Source of the DNA: a bacterium
Lineage (GTDB): Bacteria; Patescibacteriota; Minisyncoccia; Phycocordibacterales; Phycocordibacteraceae
Direction of reading: 5' to 3'
DNA: 64,000 bases
NCBI GenBank assembly: GCA_037200965.1
Contig: JBBCGK010000001.1
Span: 352,001 to 416,000, forward strand
The notes below the pieces were generated by a model. It was not told the DNA's origin and ran no database searches. It saw only the letters and a list, made by a program, of their open reading frames with translations. Of the stretch, positions 18,401 through 26,999 are shown piece after piece. Numbering within the stretch: position 1 is the first letter of the stretch; each line of letters starts with the position of its first letter. Both the position numbers and the translations under genes were made by a program.

Positions 18401-21400
18401 TGGTGCCGGTCGCGCCGACCGCGAGCGTGTTTGCGGAGAAGTTGGTGGTGGATGCGTTTTGGATATTGAACTGGCTTGGAATGGAAAGCGTGATGTCGCC
18501 GGTTGAAGCGGAAGCGGTGATTTGATTCGGAGTGCCCGTTAGTGAAAGGACTCCGTTGTTGCTGATCGTCACGGCGCCGGTCGCGCCCGAAAGCCCGATG
18601 CCGAGATTCCCTTGCAAAAGCGACGTGACGCCGGTGTTGGTGATGGTAAGCCCGCTTCCGATGACCGACTGCCCTGCCGTGACCGAGATGCCGGTACCGT
18701 TTGAGACCGTGCCGGTCGCAACGTTCGCAAAGGTATTCGGTCCCGAGAAGTACGGTATGTTCCCAACCACTGCCGGGGTGGAAGTCGAAAGGCCGTTGAA
18801 GCTTATGGTATTGATCAAACGAACGAGCGGCCACGCAAAGGCAAGAGGCACTTCTGGCGTTGCGCCGGAAGAGGCCGCAGTGATGAGACCCTTTCCGTTC
18901 ACTGTGATGCTGGCGTTTGTAAAGGAGCCGACGTTGGCATTCACCGTCGCGAGCGTCGCGGCTGCGGAGCCCGGGCCGCTTGCAGTGACGTCCCCGGTGA
19001 GCGCGGTAATGTAATTCCCTGCCGCCTGCTTTCCGTTGAACGTACTCCAGTCGGTCGATGAGAGGAGCCCGCGATTGCTTGCGGATGCGGTCGGAAGATT
19101 GAAGGTGACCGTATTGCCCGAACCCGTGATCGAGAAGTCGGTTCCGCTCGTTGACGAGGCGAGCGTGAGTGCGCCGGTGATCGCGGAACCGAACTGCGGC
19201 GTGACCGAGGTGATGCCGCTCGCGGAGGTGAGATAGTCGGTTCCCGCAACCGCAGGGACCACATAGCCTCCTGCGCCGGTCTTGAGAAGATTCCCCGAGG
19301 CGATGTTGGTGATGGCGAGGTTGAGAGTCGAGAGCGGGCCTGCGAACGTACTGGTTGCGCTGGTCGTCGCGAGAAAGAACCCGGCACTCGCGAAATTGCC
19401 AAGAAGCGATGCCCCCTCGACGGCAAGGCGCGCGCCCGGGGTCGTCGTGCCGATCCCCACATTCCCCGTATTTTTGATTACCAGCCGCTGAACCGGCGTT
19501 GCCGATCCGTCCGGGGTCGTGAAGAATGAGAGGCGTCCCGGAGCGTCGCCGCCGGTAGCCGTTGCCGCGTCCGCTTCCGCAAGTATCTGCGCGTAGAGCT
19601 GCGACGAACCCGTGCTGTCGACGCCATAGAAGGCAACGGTGCCCAGATCGTCGTTATTGCTTATCTCCGTGCCGGAACCGCGGTATTTCTGGAAGCTTTG
19701 GACCGGACCCGAACTGTTTGCCGCCTGATAATAGAGGCTCTGCATGCTGCTATTTGTCGTCGAATACAGGCGCTGCAGGTATCCGCCCGCACCGACCGTG
19801 CCGGAACTGCCGACGGTCATATCGCCGACAACCGCGAGCGTCGCGGCGGGAACGACGGTGCCGATGCCGACGCTCCCGCCAAGAGTCGCGAAATACGCGC
19901 TTGAAGTTGCCGTCAGCTGCGACGTGGAGGCGTTGCCGAAGAATTGCTGGAGCTGCGACCAGTTATTCGCGGTAGTCGTGCCAAACGCAAGCGACACATT
20001 GTTCACCAAACGGACGAGAGGATAGGAGAACGTAAGCGGGTTTTCGAAATCGGTGCCGGGAGCGGCGTTCGTTATGTATCCTCCGGCCGATGCCTTGAGA
20101 AGACCTGAGTTCCCGGTAATCGCGAGGTTCGGTATAGAAAGCGGGCCGGCAAAGGTGGAAGTCGCGGAGGTGGTTGCGACGAAGAAGCCGGCAGTGGCCG
20201 AATTGCCGAGGAGCGACGCGCCCTCGACGGAAAGCCTCGCCCCCGGACTCGTCGTACCGATGCCGATGTTCCCTCCCGATACCGCAGAGCCGGTGCCGGT
20301 CACGCCGGTGCCGTAGATGAGGTTGCCGATGTTGAGCTGTCCCGAGAGCGTCGCGGACGGGAGCGAGATGTTGGTGCCGATGAGGATGTTCTGGCTGCCG
20401 GTGGTGAGGTTCGCGACGGCGGTCGAGGAGGTGGCGGCGCCGATGAGGATGTTGCCGGCGCCGGTCGTGACGTTGTACCCGGCCTGGGAGCCGAGGAAGG
20501 TGTTGAAGTCGGAGGCGTCGCCCAGGGAGTGGCCCGTGCGATAGCCGATATAGACGCCGTTCCTGTTGTTGAAGGAGCTGCCGGTATCAAGGACGAGGTT
20601 GCCGTTGCCGGCTTCGTACCCGATCGCGACGTTGCCGCCTATGGTCGACGAGGCGAATTCGAGGGCGGCCTTGCCGATCGCGACGTTGTTCGGGCTGTAG
20701 TAGCTCGAATAGAGGGCGCCGTCGCCGACGGAGACGTTCGAGCTGCCGCTGATGTTGTTCCACATGCTCTTGTACCCGACGGCGGTGTTGTAGAAGCCGT
20801 TGGCGGTGAAGCGGAGCGCCTTGTACCCGACGGCGGTGTTCTCCTCGCCGGTGTTTGCGGCGCCCGAGACCGTCGTGGTGCCGCCAAGCGCGTAGTATCC
20901 GAAGGCGGCGTTGTACGAGCCGGTGGTGTATTCGCGCATGGCGCCCTCGCCCGCGGCGGTGTTGTACGAGCCGGCGGTGTTGGACAGGAGGGTTTGATAG
21001 CCGAGGGCGGTGTTGTAGAAGCCGTTGTTGTTCGCGTTGAGGGCGTACCGGCCGAAGGCGGTGCTGCGGACGTCGCTTGCGGTTGTGGTCGCGTCGCCCC
21101 CGGCATTGAGGCCGAAGATGGTGGTTTCATTCGTCGTCGACGCATACCCAAGCAGGCGGTTGGCGATTTTGTATCCCGAGTATTGATCCGTATTGATGAA
21201 GCCGGCGACATCAAGGGGATTCGTGGGCGACACCGTATTGATGCCAAGCCTTCCGGCCCCGTTATTCCAGAAGAGGGCGCTTGCGGAGGTGTTGGGTGCC
21301 TGCGTGAGCTTCGTGCCGTCGGAGAAGACAACGCCGCCATTGTAGAAGGTGGTGGTCGCGGTGCCGCCGGAGGAAAGAGGCAGGGCGTTCGTAAGAGCAA

Positions 21401-24400
21401 GCGTGTTTGCGGTAAGCGTGGTGCCATTAAAGGTGAGGTTCGCGGAGTCGGTCAGAAGGCCGTTGGTTGTCGTGTATGGGACGCGGTTCGTGGTGAGATA
21501 GGTGTTGTACAGGCCGGAGGCGACGGAGGCGAGCGTGGTCGAGGCGTTCGGGAAAGTGGAGGCAATCGTGGTAGTGGCGGTGAAGAAGCCTGCGATCGCT
21601 TGGTTTCCAAGCGACGAGGAACCTTCGACGGAGAGGCGGTAGGCGGGAGTGGTGGAAGCTATACCGACGAAACCGGAGTTCATAATGACGAGTGCGCGCG
21701 TGCCGCTGCCGCCGGATGTCGCACCGTTGACATCGAACTCAAAACCAGGAACTACCGCGCTGGTATCTTGGTTCGTGAAATAGAATACTTTGGAACCGAA
21801 TCCTTGAATCTGATGCGCGCTGCCGTTCGACTGGTTGATGGAGATATACTGGCCCGGGGCTGCATTGCGAGTGACGCGCAAACCTTCGTTTGCCGCAGTT
21901 GCGTTGATGTCAAGCGGGGCGCTTGGCGTAAAGGTGCGAATACCTACGTATCCGTTGCCGTTCGCGCTGCCGACATACAGCGACGGAGTCGAGCTTCCGG
22001 CGGCGCCGACGACGAATGCGGGAGTCGTGGACCCCATGCCGACCGAGAGCTGAGCGAATGGCGAGGAAGTGCCGATGCCGGCATTGCCTTGTACCAACAA
22101 CCCGCTCACGGGAGGCGCAATACCGTAGCCGATGTCTATGCCGGCGCCCGCGAGCATATGCAGATTCCCAAGAGAGCTAACAACGAGCGCGGTCGAGGTG
22201 GCAAAACCCGCGGTCGAGGTCGAGAGAGCGAAGACGGGAGTTGTGCCGCCTGCGGTACCCGCAAGGGAGAGTTTCGCGTACGGAGAGGTAGTGCCGATGC
22301 CGAGTCTGCTGTTCGTCTTATCGAAGTAGAGTCCTCCCTGAGCGGATGCCTGCGAGAGTGTGCCGAGACCGGAGTCGTAGAACGTGACGCCGCCGTTGTA
22401 GAAGGTGGTGGTGCCGGTGCCGCCGCGGTCGACGGTGAGCGTGCCGGTGGTGTCGGAAAGTACGATGCCAAGCGAAGACGTGGCGGCAGCCGCGAGCGCG
22501 CCGTTGTTCCCGTATATAATCCCCGAAAGCGTTCCGAGGACCGGGTTGTTCGTAAACGTTTGTGTGCCGCCCCAGGTATTGCTTGTCGTGGTGCCAAATG
22601 CAAGCGATACGTTGTTCGTCAAGCGGACCAGCGGGTACGAGAATGTAAGAGGATTTTCGAAATCGGTGCCGGGGACTGCATGCTGGAAGTAACCGCCAGC
22701 GCCGACCTTCACGAGGCCGCTTGCCAAGTCGGTGACGGCAAGATTGAGCGTCGAGAGGGGCCCCGCGAAGGTCGAAGTCGCGCTCGTGGTCGCGATGAAG
22801 AAGCCGGCAGTCGCGTAATTGCCGAGCAGTGAGTGGCCTTCGACGGAGAGGCGCGCGCCGGGCGTCGTCGTCCCGATGCCCACATTGTTATTGAAATATG
22901 ATTTGCCGTGCACCTCGAAGATGCTCACGAGCGAGGAAGTCGCACTGTCGCCAATGATGACAACATCTGACGTGTCGGTTGGATAGATCGCGAGACTGTC
23001 CGACGTGGTCGCCCATGCGCCCGCCCCGCCCCCTCCTCCAGTCGTCTGGTCGACTCCCCACTGCGGCAATCCGCCGCCCGACACCTTAAGCACCTGGCCG
23101 GAAACACCGAGGGGCAGTGCCGTGAGATCGCCATTGCCGTCGGCATAAAGCAGGTCGCCCGGGTTGTATGACGCGATGCCTGTGCCGCCGTTTGCCTGGC
23201 CGAGCACGTTGGTTACGTCCGGGCTTCCAAGATCGACAGAGCCGGTTGAAAGAACGCCGGCGGTCGCGCGCAGGATACCGGTCAGCGCAGTATTTACAGT
23301 ACCCAGATTCGCGAGGGTCGTTATGTTCGGGAGCGTCGTGGTCGCGGTAAGCCGGTTATCGAAGAGCGTATTACTCCAATACTTGTTGACGGATCCTTGC
23401 GCTAGGGCATCGGTCGTCGTGGCGCTGAAGAAGTTGTAAAAGGGTACGCCGAAATTAGTAAGGTGGGTGGCGTCGAGATAGTAGCTTCCCTCCTGCCCGT
23501 CAAACGTGCCGGTCCAGTTGCCGGAGGCATCGGCAACGTAGTCGGTGCCAGGAACGGCATTTGCTACATAGCCGCCGGCTGCTGCCTTGAGAAGGCCGTT
23601 GTTCCCGGTAATCGCAAGCTGCGAAACGGAAAGCGGACCGGCGAAGGTAGAGGTCGCGCTCGTAGTGGCGGTGTAGTAATCGGCGACGACTTGGCCGGCG
23701 ACGGACAGTTTGGCGTACGGCGATGTGGTGCCGATACCGACATTTCCTCCGGTTGTCGCAAGATAGGTATTGCCGGTAGAGGTGAACTGCGTCGAGCTTG
23801 CGCCTGCATTGAACTGCTGGAGCGCAGTCCAGGTGTTGGGGTTCGCGAGGTTGATTCCGAGATTCCCGCCGGAAACCTGGAGCGTCGCATCATTATTTAA
23901 CGAAAGTGCGTATGGCGATGAGCCGAGGACGACCGGATCGGATGAGGAGAACGACAAAGCGCCGGAAGTGGTGATCGTTGTGGTCGCTGCGCTTGAAAGC
24001 GCGCCATTGTTTCCATATACAAGGCCTGAAAGCGCGCCGAGGATCGGACTATTCGTAAAGGTTTGTGTGCCGCCCCAGGTATTGCTCGTCGTGGTACCGA
24101 AGGCAAGCGACACATTGTTCGCCGAACGCACGAGCGGATAGGAAAACGTGAGCGGGTTTTCGAAGTCGGTGCCCGGTACTGCAACGGAAAGGACGCCCGC
24201 CGCGGCTTTCAAAACTCCCGTGAGTGAGGTCGACACGGTACCGAGGTTCGCGAGGGTCGTGATGTTCGGGAGCGTCGTGGTCGCGGTAAGCCGGTTATCG
24301 AAGAGCGTATTACTCCAGTATTTGTTAGTGGCACCTTCGGCAAGCGCGTCGGTCGTGGTCGCATGGAAGTAGGTGTAGAAAGAGGCGTCGAAAGAAGAGG

Positions 24401-26999
24401 CGTCGAATTTGGCGTTAAGCGCATTTTGCAGATCAGTCTGATCCGAGAGAATCCCGGTAATGCTCCCCCACACCGCACTGTTGATGCCAAGCGACGAGGT
24501 CGCGACATATTCCCAATTCCCGTTCGCATCGGAAAACAAGAGCTTGTTGGCGGTCGGAACGGTCGAGGTACCGGTGCCCCCGCGGTTGATAGCGAGCGTT
24601 CCGGTCGTATCGGAAAGCGCGATGCCAAGCGACGAGGTCGCAAGCGCGGCCGGAACGGCGCTTCCTCCCGTTTGGTTTGCGAGGACCGAGTTTGCCGCGA
24701 TCGGCGCGAGGCCGATCTGCACGTTCGTGCCGCCGACTTGGTATCCGAGCGCGCCAGACGAGACGGCAAGACCGTTCGTGACGCCAAGCGTCGAAGTTGC
24801 CGCCGTCGCGAGCGTGCCGTTATTACCGTAGACGAGACCGGAGAGGGCGCCAAGGATGGGAGCATTGGTGAACGTCTGGACAGGGCCCCAGGTATTCGCG
24901 GTCGTTGTGCCAAATGCGAGCGTGATGTTGTTAACGGCCCGCACGAGCGGATATGCGAAGGTGAGAGGATTCTCGAAATCAACGCCCGGTACCGCCGCCG
25001 AAAGAGCTCCTGCGGTTGCCTTTAAGATTCCTGTAAGCGACGTCTTGATCGTACCGAGGTTCGCGAGCGTTGTGATGTTCGGGAGTGTCGTGGTCGCGGA
25101 GAGGCGATTATCAAACCGCGTATTCGTCCAGTACAAATTGTTCGTCCCCTCATCAAGTCCGTCGGTCGTCGTCGCGTACCAATCGGCGAGCGAGAGTTTC
25201 GCATCAAGGGCGCTTTGCAAGTCGGTCTGGTTCGAAAGCGTGCCAATGATGTTCCCCCATGAAGGATTGCCGCCCGCAGCGATCCCGAGCGACGAGGTCG
25301 CGACAAGATCGTACCCGCCCGCGCCGTCGCCAAGAAGGACCTGGCCGTATGCGGGCGCACTCGCGATACCCGTACCTCCGTTGTCTATATCGAGTATGCC
25401 GCTCAGCGTGAGCGTACCGCTTGAAGTGACCGGACCGCCGGCAAATGAGAATCCGGTCGTTCCACCGGAAGCGTCGACGGAAGTTACCGACCCCGAACCT
25501 CCCCCCGATTGCACGACGGTTGTACCGCCCCCGCGCGCCCCGCTTCGCACCGCGGAGTCGATGTTCTGGTACAGCAACGCTCGCAAACCGCCGATCGCGG
25601 CGTCCACATAGGCAATTGATGCGCCGCCTTCCGGAGCAATGTATTGATTCGTCACGTACGTGGGACCTGTCTGATGGATGACCAGGGGAACATCTACCGC
25701 CCCCGTGCTTGTCGCGCTTGTAACGACATTTCCGGATGACACATAGGCGACTTGAGGCAGAATAACGGTGGGCGGGGTCAGAATATAAGCGATTGTTTCC
25801 GCTGTCCGATCAAAGAGGCTGCGGATAGTCTCGTAGGTAAAAAGCGCAATGTATTCTGGCTCCGTAAGCGGCGCGCCAGCATACGCGGCCGCGGGGAGGG
25901 CCTGCTCGCTCCCGGAAGCTCCAAAGACCCGGGGAATGAAGGATTCGATACGCATCGAAGCTCCGGTATCAAAAGCGAGTGCGGTATTTTTTGCTCCGAT
26001 CATCCGCTCGCCAATCGCGACTTCCTTTTTCGCTACATACGCAACTACGCGGGGAGACGCGTCGCTCCAAGCGTAGAGCGATCGCTCATAAGCGCCGAGA
26101 AGCGCGGGCAGCGCATTGCCGGTTCGCATGCCCAACATGTCTCCAAGCGCGTACACCGAACGGAAAATCGCGCGCGGTATTTCAAGTGCCGCGGTCAGAG
26201 ATGCGGGAGTGGAAGTTCGATCCGAAACGGACAGGCGCGGAGAAAAGTTCCCTTTCGTTTCTTCCGCAAACGCTTCCGGCGGCGTCCACTCCAATGCAAC
26301 GCTTGTCCACGGCGAATCTTGCGCTGGCACAATTTGCATCTGAGTCTCCCGTGCGGCGATCGTCGCGTTCGTAAGCGGAAGTAACGCTCCGTGTGCAAGG
26401 TCGTCGGTCGACTGCGCGATCGACTCTTTGAGCGCAACGCGCGTCGCGGACGTGCGGCTCTCCGTTTCAAGCGCATGCCTTGCGATCGAGGCGATGGTGG
26501 CGGCGCTCGCTGAGCGTACGACACCCGCGGATTCCGTTACCATCGCGAGAGAATGATCTGCAATCGATCCAAGAACATCGGCACGAGCAAGTGCCGCGCC
26601 GCCCGCCACTATCGCAACGGCAACCGCGAGGGAAACGGCATGGCCTGAAAATGCATATGAAAAGTATGGAGCTGGTACTGCCCGTGGCGCTTTTGACGCT
26701 GCTTCGGAGCTTGCGGGTACCGCGTCGGGTGTTGTCGGCGAAGCCGGCTTTTTTACAAACTCCGCATACTCCTTTCCGCGCGACTCAGCCAACGCGCGAG
26801 CGCGGGCCGCATTGCGGTCGGCTTGGATTTTTATAAAACGTTCAAGCGATGAACGCTCAACGAGCCACGTGCGCCCAACTCGCACTCCATCGATAGACTT
26901 TCCTTTGCAGAGTCTCGCAATATAGTCAGGACTATATCCGGATAAATCAGCGGCGACTTTCGTCGATATCAAGTTTTCTTTAAGGAGGTAAGGATCCAT
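12486..26999 (-). CDS. giant membrane-anchored surface protein (4837 aa): cytoplasmic HTH + TM + tail-fibre/YadA-like repeats + SGNH esterase + peptidase-S74 chaperone domain + DUF5011-like Ig domain
   Basis: Uninterrupted 14.5-kb ORF with an ATG at 26999. Residues 10-57 match the excisionase/MerR HTH_17 pattern, followed by a K/R-rich linker and one hydrophobic helix (FSGHAVSLAVAVAIVAGGAALA). The remainder is Gly/Thr/Ser/Ala-rich with many recurring modules (GIGTTSPYAKLSV..., ...FENPLTFSYPLVR..., NTAVGY-type head repeats). Defined domains are listed separately. Confidence 0.85.
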   Translation of the reverse strand: MDPYLLKENLISTKVAADLSGYSPDYIARLCKGKSIDGVRVGRTWLVERSSLERFIKIQADRNAARARALAESRGKEYAEFVKKPASPTTPDAVPASSEAASKAPRAVPAPYFSYAFSGHAVSLAVAVAIVAGGAALARADVLGSIADHSLAMVTESAGVVRSASAATIASIARHALETESRTSATRVALKESIAQSTDDLAHGALLPLTNATIAARETQMQIVPAQDSPWTSVALEWTPPEAFAEETKGNFSPRLSVSDRTSTPASLTAALEIPRAIFRSVYALGDMLGMRTGNALPALLGAYERSLYAWSDASPRVVAYVAKKEVAIGERMIGAKNTALAFDTGASMRIESFIPRVFGASGSEQALPAAAYAGAPLTEPEYIALFTYETIRSLFDRTAETIAYILTPPTVILPQVAYVSSGNVVTSATSTGAVDVPLVIHQTGPTYVTNQYIAPEGGASIAYVDAAIGGLRALLYQNIDSAVRSGARGGGTTVVQSGGGSGSVTSVDASGGTTGFSFAGGPVTSSGTLTLSGILDIDNGGTGIASAPAYGQVLLGDGAGGYDLVATSSLGIAAGGNPSWGNIIGTLSNQTDLQSALDAKLSLADWYATTTDGLDEGTNNLYWTNTRFDNRLSATTTLPNITTLANLGTIKTSLTGILKATAGALSAAVPGVDFENPLTFAYPLVRAVNNITLAFGTTTANTWGPVQTFTNAPILGALSGLVYGNNGTLATAATSTLGVTNGLAVSSGALGYQVGGTNVQIGLAPIAANSVLANQTGGSAVPAALATSSLGIALSDTTGTLAINRGGTGTSTVPTANKLLFSDANGNWEYVATSSLGINSAVWGSITGILSDQTDLQNALNAKFDASSFDASFYTYFHATTTDALAEGATNKYWSNTLFDNRLTATTTLPNITTLANLGTVSTSLTGVLKAAAGVLSVAVPGTDFENPLTFSYPLVRSANNVSLAFGTTTSNTWGGTQTFTNSPILGALSGLVYGNNGALSSAATTTITTSGALSFSSSDPVVLGSSPYALSLNNDATLQVSGGNLGINLANPNTWTALQQFNAGASSTQFTSTGNTYLATTGGNVGIGTTSPYAKLSVAGQVVADYYTATTSATSTFAGPLSVSQLAITGNNGLLKAAAGGYVANAVPGTDYVADASGNWTGTFDGQEGSYYLDATHLTNFGVPFYNFFSATTTDALAQGSVNKYWSNTLFDNRLTATTTLPNITTLANLGTVNTALTGILRATAGVLSTGSVDLGSPDVTNVLGQANGGTGIASYNPGDLLYADGNGDLTALPLGVSGQVLKVSGGGLPQWGVDQTTGGGGGAGAWATTSDSLAIYPTDTSDVVIIGDSATSSLVSIFEVHGKSYFNNNVGIGTTTPGARLSVEGHSLLGNYATAGFFIATTSATSTFAGPLSTLNLAVTDLASGLVKVGAGGYFQHAVPGTDFENPLTFSYPLVRLTNNVSLAFGTTTSNTWGGTQTFTNNPVLGTLSGIIYGNNGALAAAATSSLGIVLSDTTGTLTVDRGGTGTTTFYNGGVTFYDSGLGTLSQASAQGGLYFDKTNSRLGIGTTSPYAKLSLAGTAGGTTPVFALSTSTAGFATSTALVVSSLGNLHMLAGAGIDIGYGIAPPVSGLLVQGNAGIGTSSPFAQLSVGMGSTTPAFVVGAAGSSTPSLYVGSANGNGYVGIRTFTPSAPLDINATAANEGLRVTRNAAPGQYISINQSNGSAHQIQGFGSKVFYFTNQDTSAVVPGFEFDVNGATSGGSGTRALVIMNSGFVGIASTTPAYRLSVEGSSSLGNQAIAGFFTATTTIASTFPNASTTLASVASGLYNTYLTTNRVPYTTTNGLLTDSANLTFNGTTLTANTLALTNALPLSSGGTATTTFYNGGVVFSDGTKLTQAPNTSASALFWNNGAGRLGINTVSPTNPLDVAGFINTDQYSGYKIANRLLGYASTTNETTIFGLNAGGDATTTASDVRSTAFGRYALNANNNGFYNTALGYQTLLSNTAGSYNTAAGEGAMREYTTGSYNAAFGYYALGGTTTVSGAANTGEENTAVGYKALRFTANGFYNTAVGYKSMWNNISGSSNVSVGDGALYSSYYSPNNVAIGKAALEFASSTIGGNVAIGYEAGNGNLVLDTGSSFNNRNGVYIGYRTGHSLGDASDFNTFLGSQAGYNVTTGAGNILIGAATSSTAVANLTTGSQNILIGTNISLPSATLSGQLNIGNLIYGTGVTGTGSAVSGGNIGIGTTSPGARLSVEGASLLGNSATAGFFVATTSATSTFAGPLSIPNLAITGNSGLLKASAGGYITNAAPGTDFENPLTFSYPLVRLVNNVSLAFGTTTANNWSQLQQFFGNASTSQLTATSSAYFATLGGSVGIGTVVPAATLAVVGDMTVGSSGTVGAGGYLQRLYSTTNSSMQSLYYQAANSSGPVQSFQKYRGSGTEISNNDDLGTVAFYGVDSTGSSQLYAQILAEADAATATGGDAPGRLSFFTTPDGSATPVQRLVIKNTGNVGIGTTTPGARLAVEGASLLGNFASAGFFLATTSATSTFAGPLSTLNLAITNIASGNLLKTGAGGYVVPAVAGTDYLTSASGITSVTPQFGSAITGALTLASSTSGTDFSITGSGNTVTFNLPTASASNRGLLSSTDWSTFNGKQAAGNYITALTGDVTASGPGSAAATLATVNANVGSFTNASITVNGKGLITAASSGATPEVPLAFAWPLVRLINTISFNGLSTSTPAVVGNIPYFSGPNTFANVATGTVSNGTGISVTAGQSVIGSGLTITNTGVTSLLQGNLGIGLSGATGAVTISNNGVLSLTGTPNQITASASTGDITLSIPSQFNIQNASTTNFSANTLAVGATGTTTISATGTVTTPSLTIGSLTGPLQAINGLVSATSTLSAAFGGTGTTTFYNGGVVFSDGTKLTQAPNTSSSALFWDNANGRLGIGSTTPSATLSVGGFLALGSTPTTTPASPGTFAFDGTYLYAKAGIGTTTAAGNPITDGWFNLGLGNQVDVFLVAGQSNMLGPGDAETAPVAPLGQVMQYWHGQILNEDSLAGTSNDDGAWASFALTYYRATGRRVAFVNGARGSTSQVAAACYGNCKGTWDTTGEFFSGSVGTTTAALGAFRQAGYTPVFKGVLWGQGGTDGVAINDNTPGVSQASYEAALKTMIANYRARFGANMPFYIFRSGTLLTMSDLGQSQVRAAQEDVAANDFNTRIVFASDLDYPSLNYIEDDLGHYNQNGNQIMGRIAATNVVTGGAMTFFQHSATSTKSIYYTEGNVGIGTTTPFANLAVQNPFGSITPFILAVASSTNRFGTTSTMFLNVTNAGNVGIGTTSPYAKLSVAGQAVAAYFTSTTTTASVFPNASTTQLSVASGLYNTYLTTNRVPYTTTAGLLTDSANLTFDGTTLTANTLNLASMLTVPNGGTGTTTFYNGGVVFSDGTKLTQSAAPRNFFWDETNKRLGIGNASPSYPLDVAGFVNTDQYSGYKQAGNTVLYASTTNSSLALGASSAAAWMSATSTITDNIAIGQGALAAAPANILPGHLFAAIRNVGIGTNALAANSGGDSNTAVGYSALFSNTSGLDNTAIGAGALALTTTGYYNTAVGLAALQTNVSGFHNTAIGMGAGRFIADGTTPNQTASDSTYLGYGAFPLAAGGANEIVIGYNAVGNGSNSATLGNTGIARTILNGNVGVGTSTPGARLSIEGASLLGNSATAGFFIATTSATSTFAGPISIPNLAITGNSGILKASTGGYIVNAVPGTDYLTSSTGVTSVSNVDGTLTITPTTGAVIASLNVANPNTWTGLQQFSANASSTQFTSTGNTYLATGGGFTMIGTTTAPYTTQVGSPILSVAGSIQVGKQGNNSNGIDFIRTDGTSGTAYARWVGSSNSVFGISNSSSSGVLRLLVDASNGNSIQLYGKSNVEIARADVATNNFAIGSTSPFARLSVNGASGGTIPLFVIASSTTATASTTALQVSALGNLHMLGGTGIDIGYGIAPPTNGLLVQGNVGIGTTSPYSLLSISNSVSTPANTPLFTIASTTAGTATSTFMTVLANGNVGIGTTSPANSLEVHGNLYADNGGAVTYSVIGTSNVKGTAPGTNDTLFVGTTSANINMRGLFVVVNASSTPATATIQGLNTQVVWSGLANNVSGGAQGGGLRNRITVSNTSVGYGVNQMSGLTIQNAVSGTLATSTNASNYHSEAPSVDTGNLITNFRGFWQRNTSIGAGTLTNSIGVNVESLANGTNNTELLLGTATAPSGNYAIYQADAYTNYFAGKVGIASSTPGALLAVHANNGALYPGNNLFAIGSSTASATTTLFKVDNAGNATFSGPGGTCVINGSGACTSDSRLKKNIEAITGEEALSKLSLISGVTYNWRDPLLSQGQQVGIIAQDVAKAFPQLTGTVETQLNGVTGTYYTVNYAGLVSPLISAVNALNARTGFIRNAAASSTVPALAVDAAGNIGIRTGATNRALSVSGDIGISGTVYADGFALPAGSFASVAANLGFASTSLPSVVLTEDASGIDLYKLATYSLGSLQSISAELLAIGARMDSLEDRIARLEDGSIGMDAAPGTFASSTLASALEGFGAFVREGIAQFGTLVADRFVAAADSAGNSSAGSGMILAGNTAVEIENVYAAPSDKIFVTFTGAVNGGWYLADKKNGSFRIRLEKAQQSDVSFDYFIVGTKGQVATSTAAAVISEEDEAGDSSPANWTPETDIPPPPTGNNGGAGASSPDTLAPVITLAGDAETHLAQGAVWEDPGASASDDRDGDLTPDITKDGAVDTATPGSYTVTYRVADAAGNEAHASRAVTVIAPPVSPAPEEPPAPGPEAEPAP
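12550..12810 (-). other. C-terminal DUF5011/Ig-like domain followed by a Pro-rich tail
   Basis: LAPVITLAGDAETHLAQGAVWEDPGASASDDRDGDLTPDITKDGAVDTATPGSYTVTYRVADAAGNEAHASRAVTV resembles DUF5011-type bacterial Ig-like domains. Ends ...APPVSPAPEEPPAPGPEAEPAP. Confidence 0.5.
13680..13995 (-). other. peptidase S74 intramolecular-chaperone (auto-processing) domain of the giant protein
   Basis: CTSDSRLKKNIEAITGEEALSKLSLISGVTYNWRD...QQVGIIAQDVAKAFPQLT...YTVNYAGLVSPLISAVNALNAR matches the SDxRLKxNI...GfIAQ...Y..L consensus of phage tail-spike/endosialidase chaperone domains. Confidence 0.7.
17223..17954 (-). other. embedded SGNH-hydrolase / sialate-O-acetylesterase (SASA)-like domain in the giant protein
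   Basis: FLVAGQSNMLGPGD (GQSNM nucleophile block I), VLWGQGGTDG (block III-like) and DDLGHY (DxxH catalytic block V), in the order and spacing of SASA/CE-family esterases. Confidence 0.65.
26820..26999 (-). other. N-terminal excisionase/MerR-type helix-turn-helix module of the giant protein
   Basis: LISTKVAADLSGYSPDYIARLCKGKSIDGVRVGRTWLVERSSLERFI fits the HTH_17 pattern (helix, GYS turn, recognition helix, then the wing GVRVGRxW). Homologous to the N-terminus of the 27330-28169 product. Confidence 0.6.

Noticed and set aside
14500-25500. CRISPR-like periodic repeats
   Set aside because: Periodicity comes from coding repeat modules of variable length and identity inside an ORF. No short exact repeats with unique spacers and no cas genes are present.
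12486-26999. Diversity-generating retroelement (DGR) target hypothesis for the giant gene
   Set aside because: No reverse transcriptase gene and no template/variable repeat pair with adenine-specific mismatches were seen in the window. The repeats are diverged protein modules.
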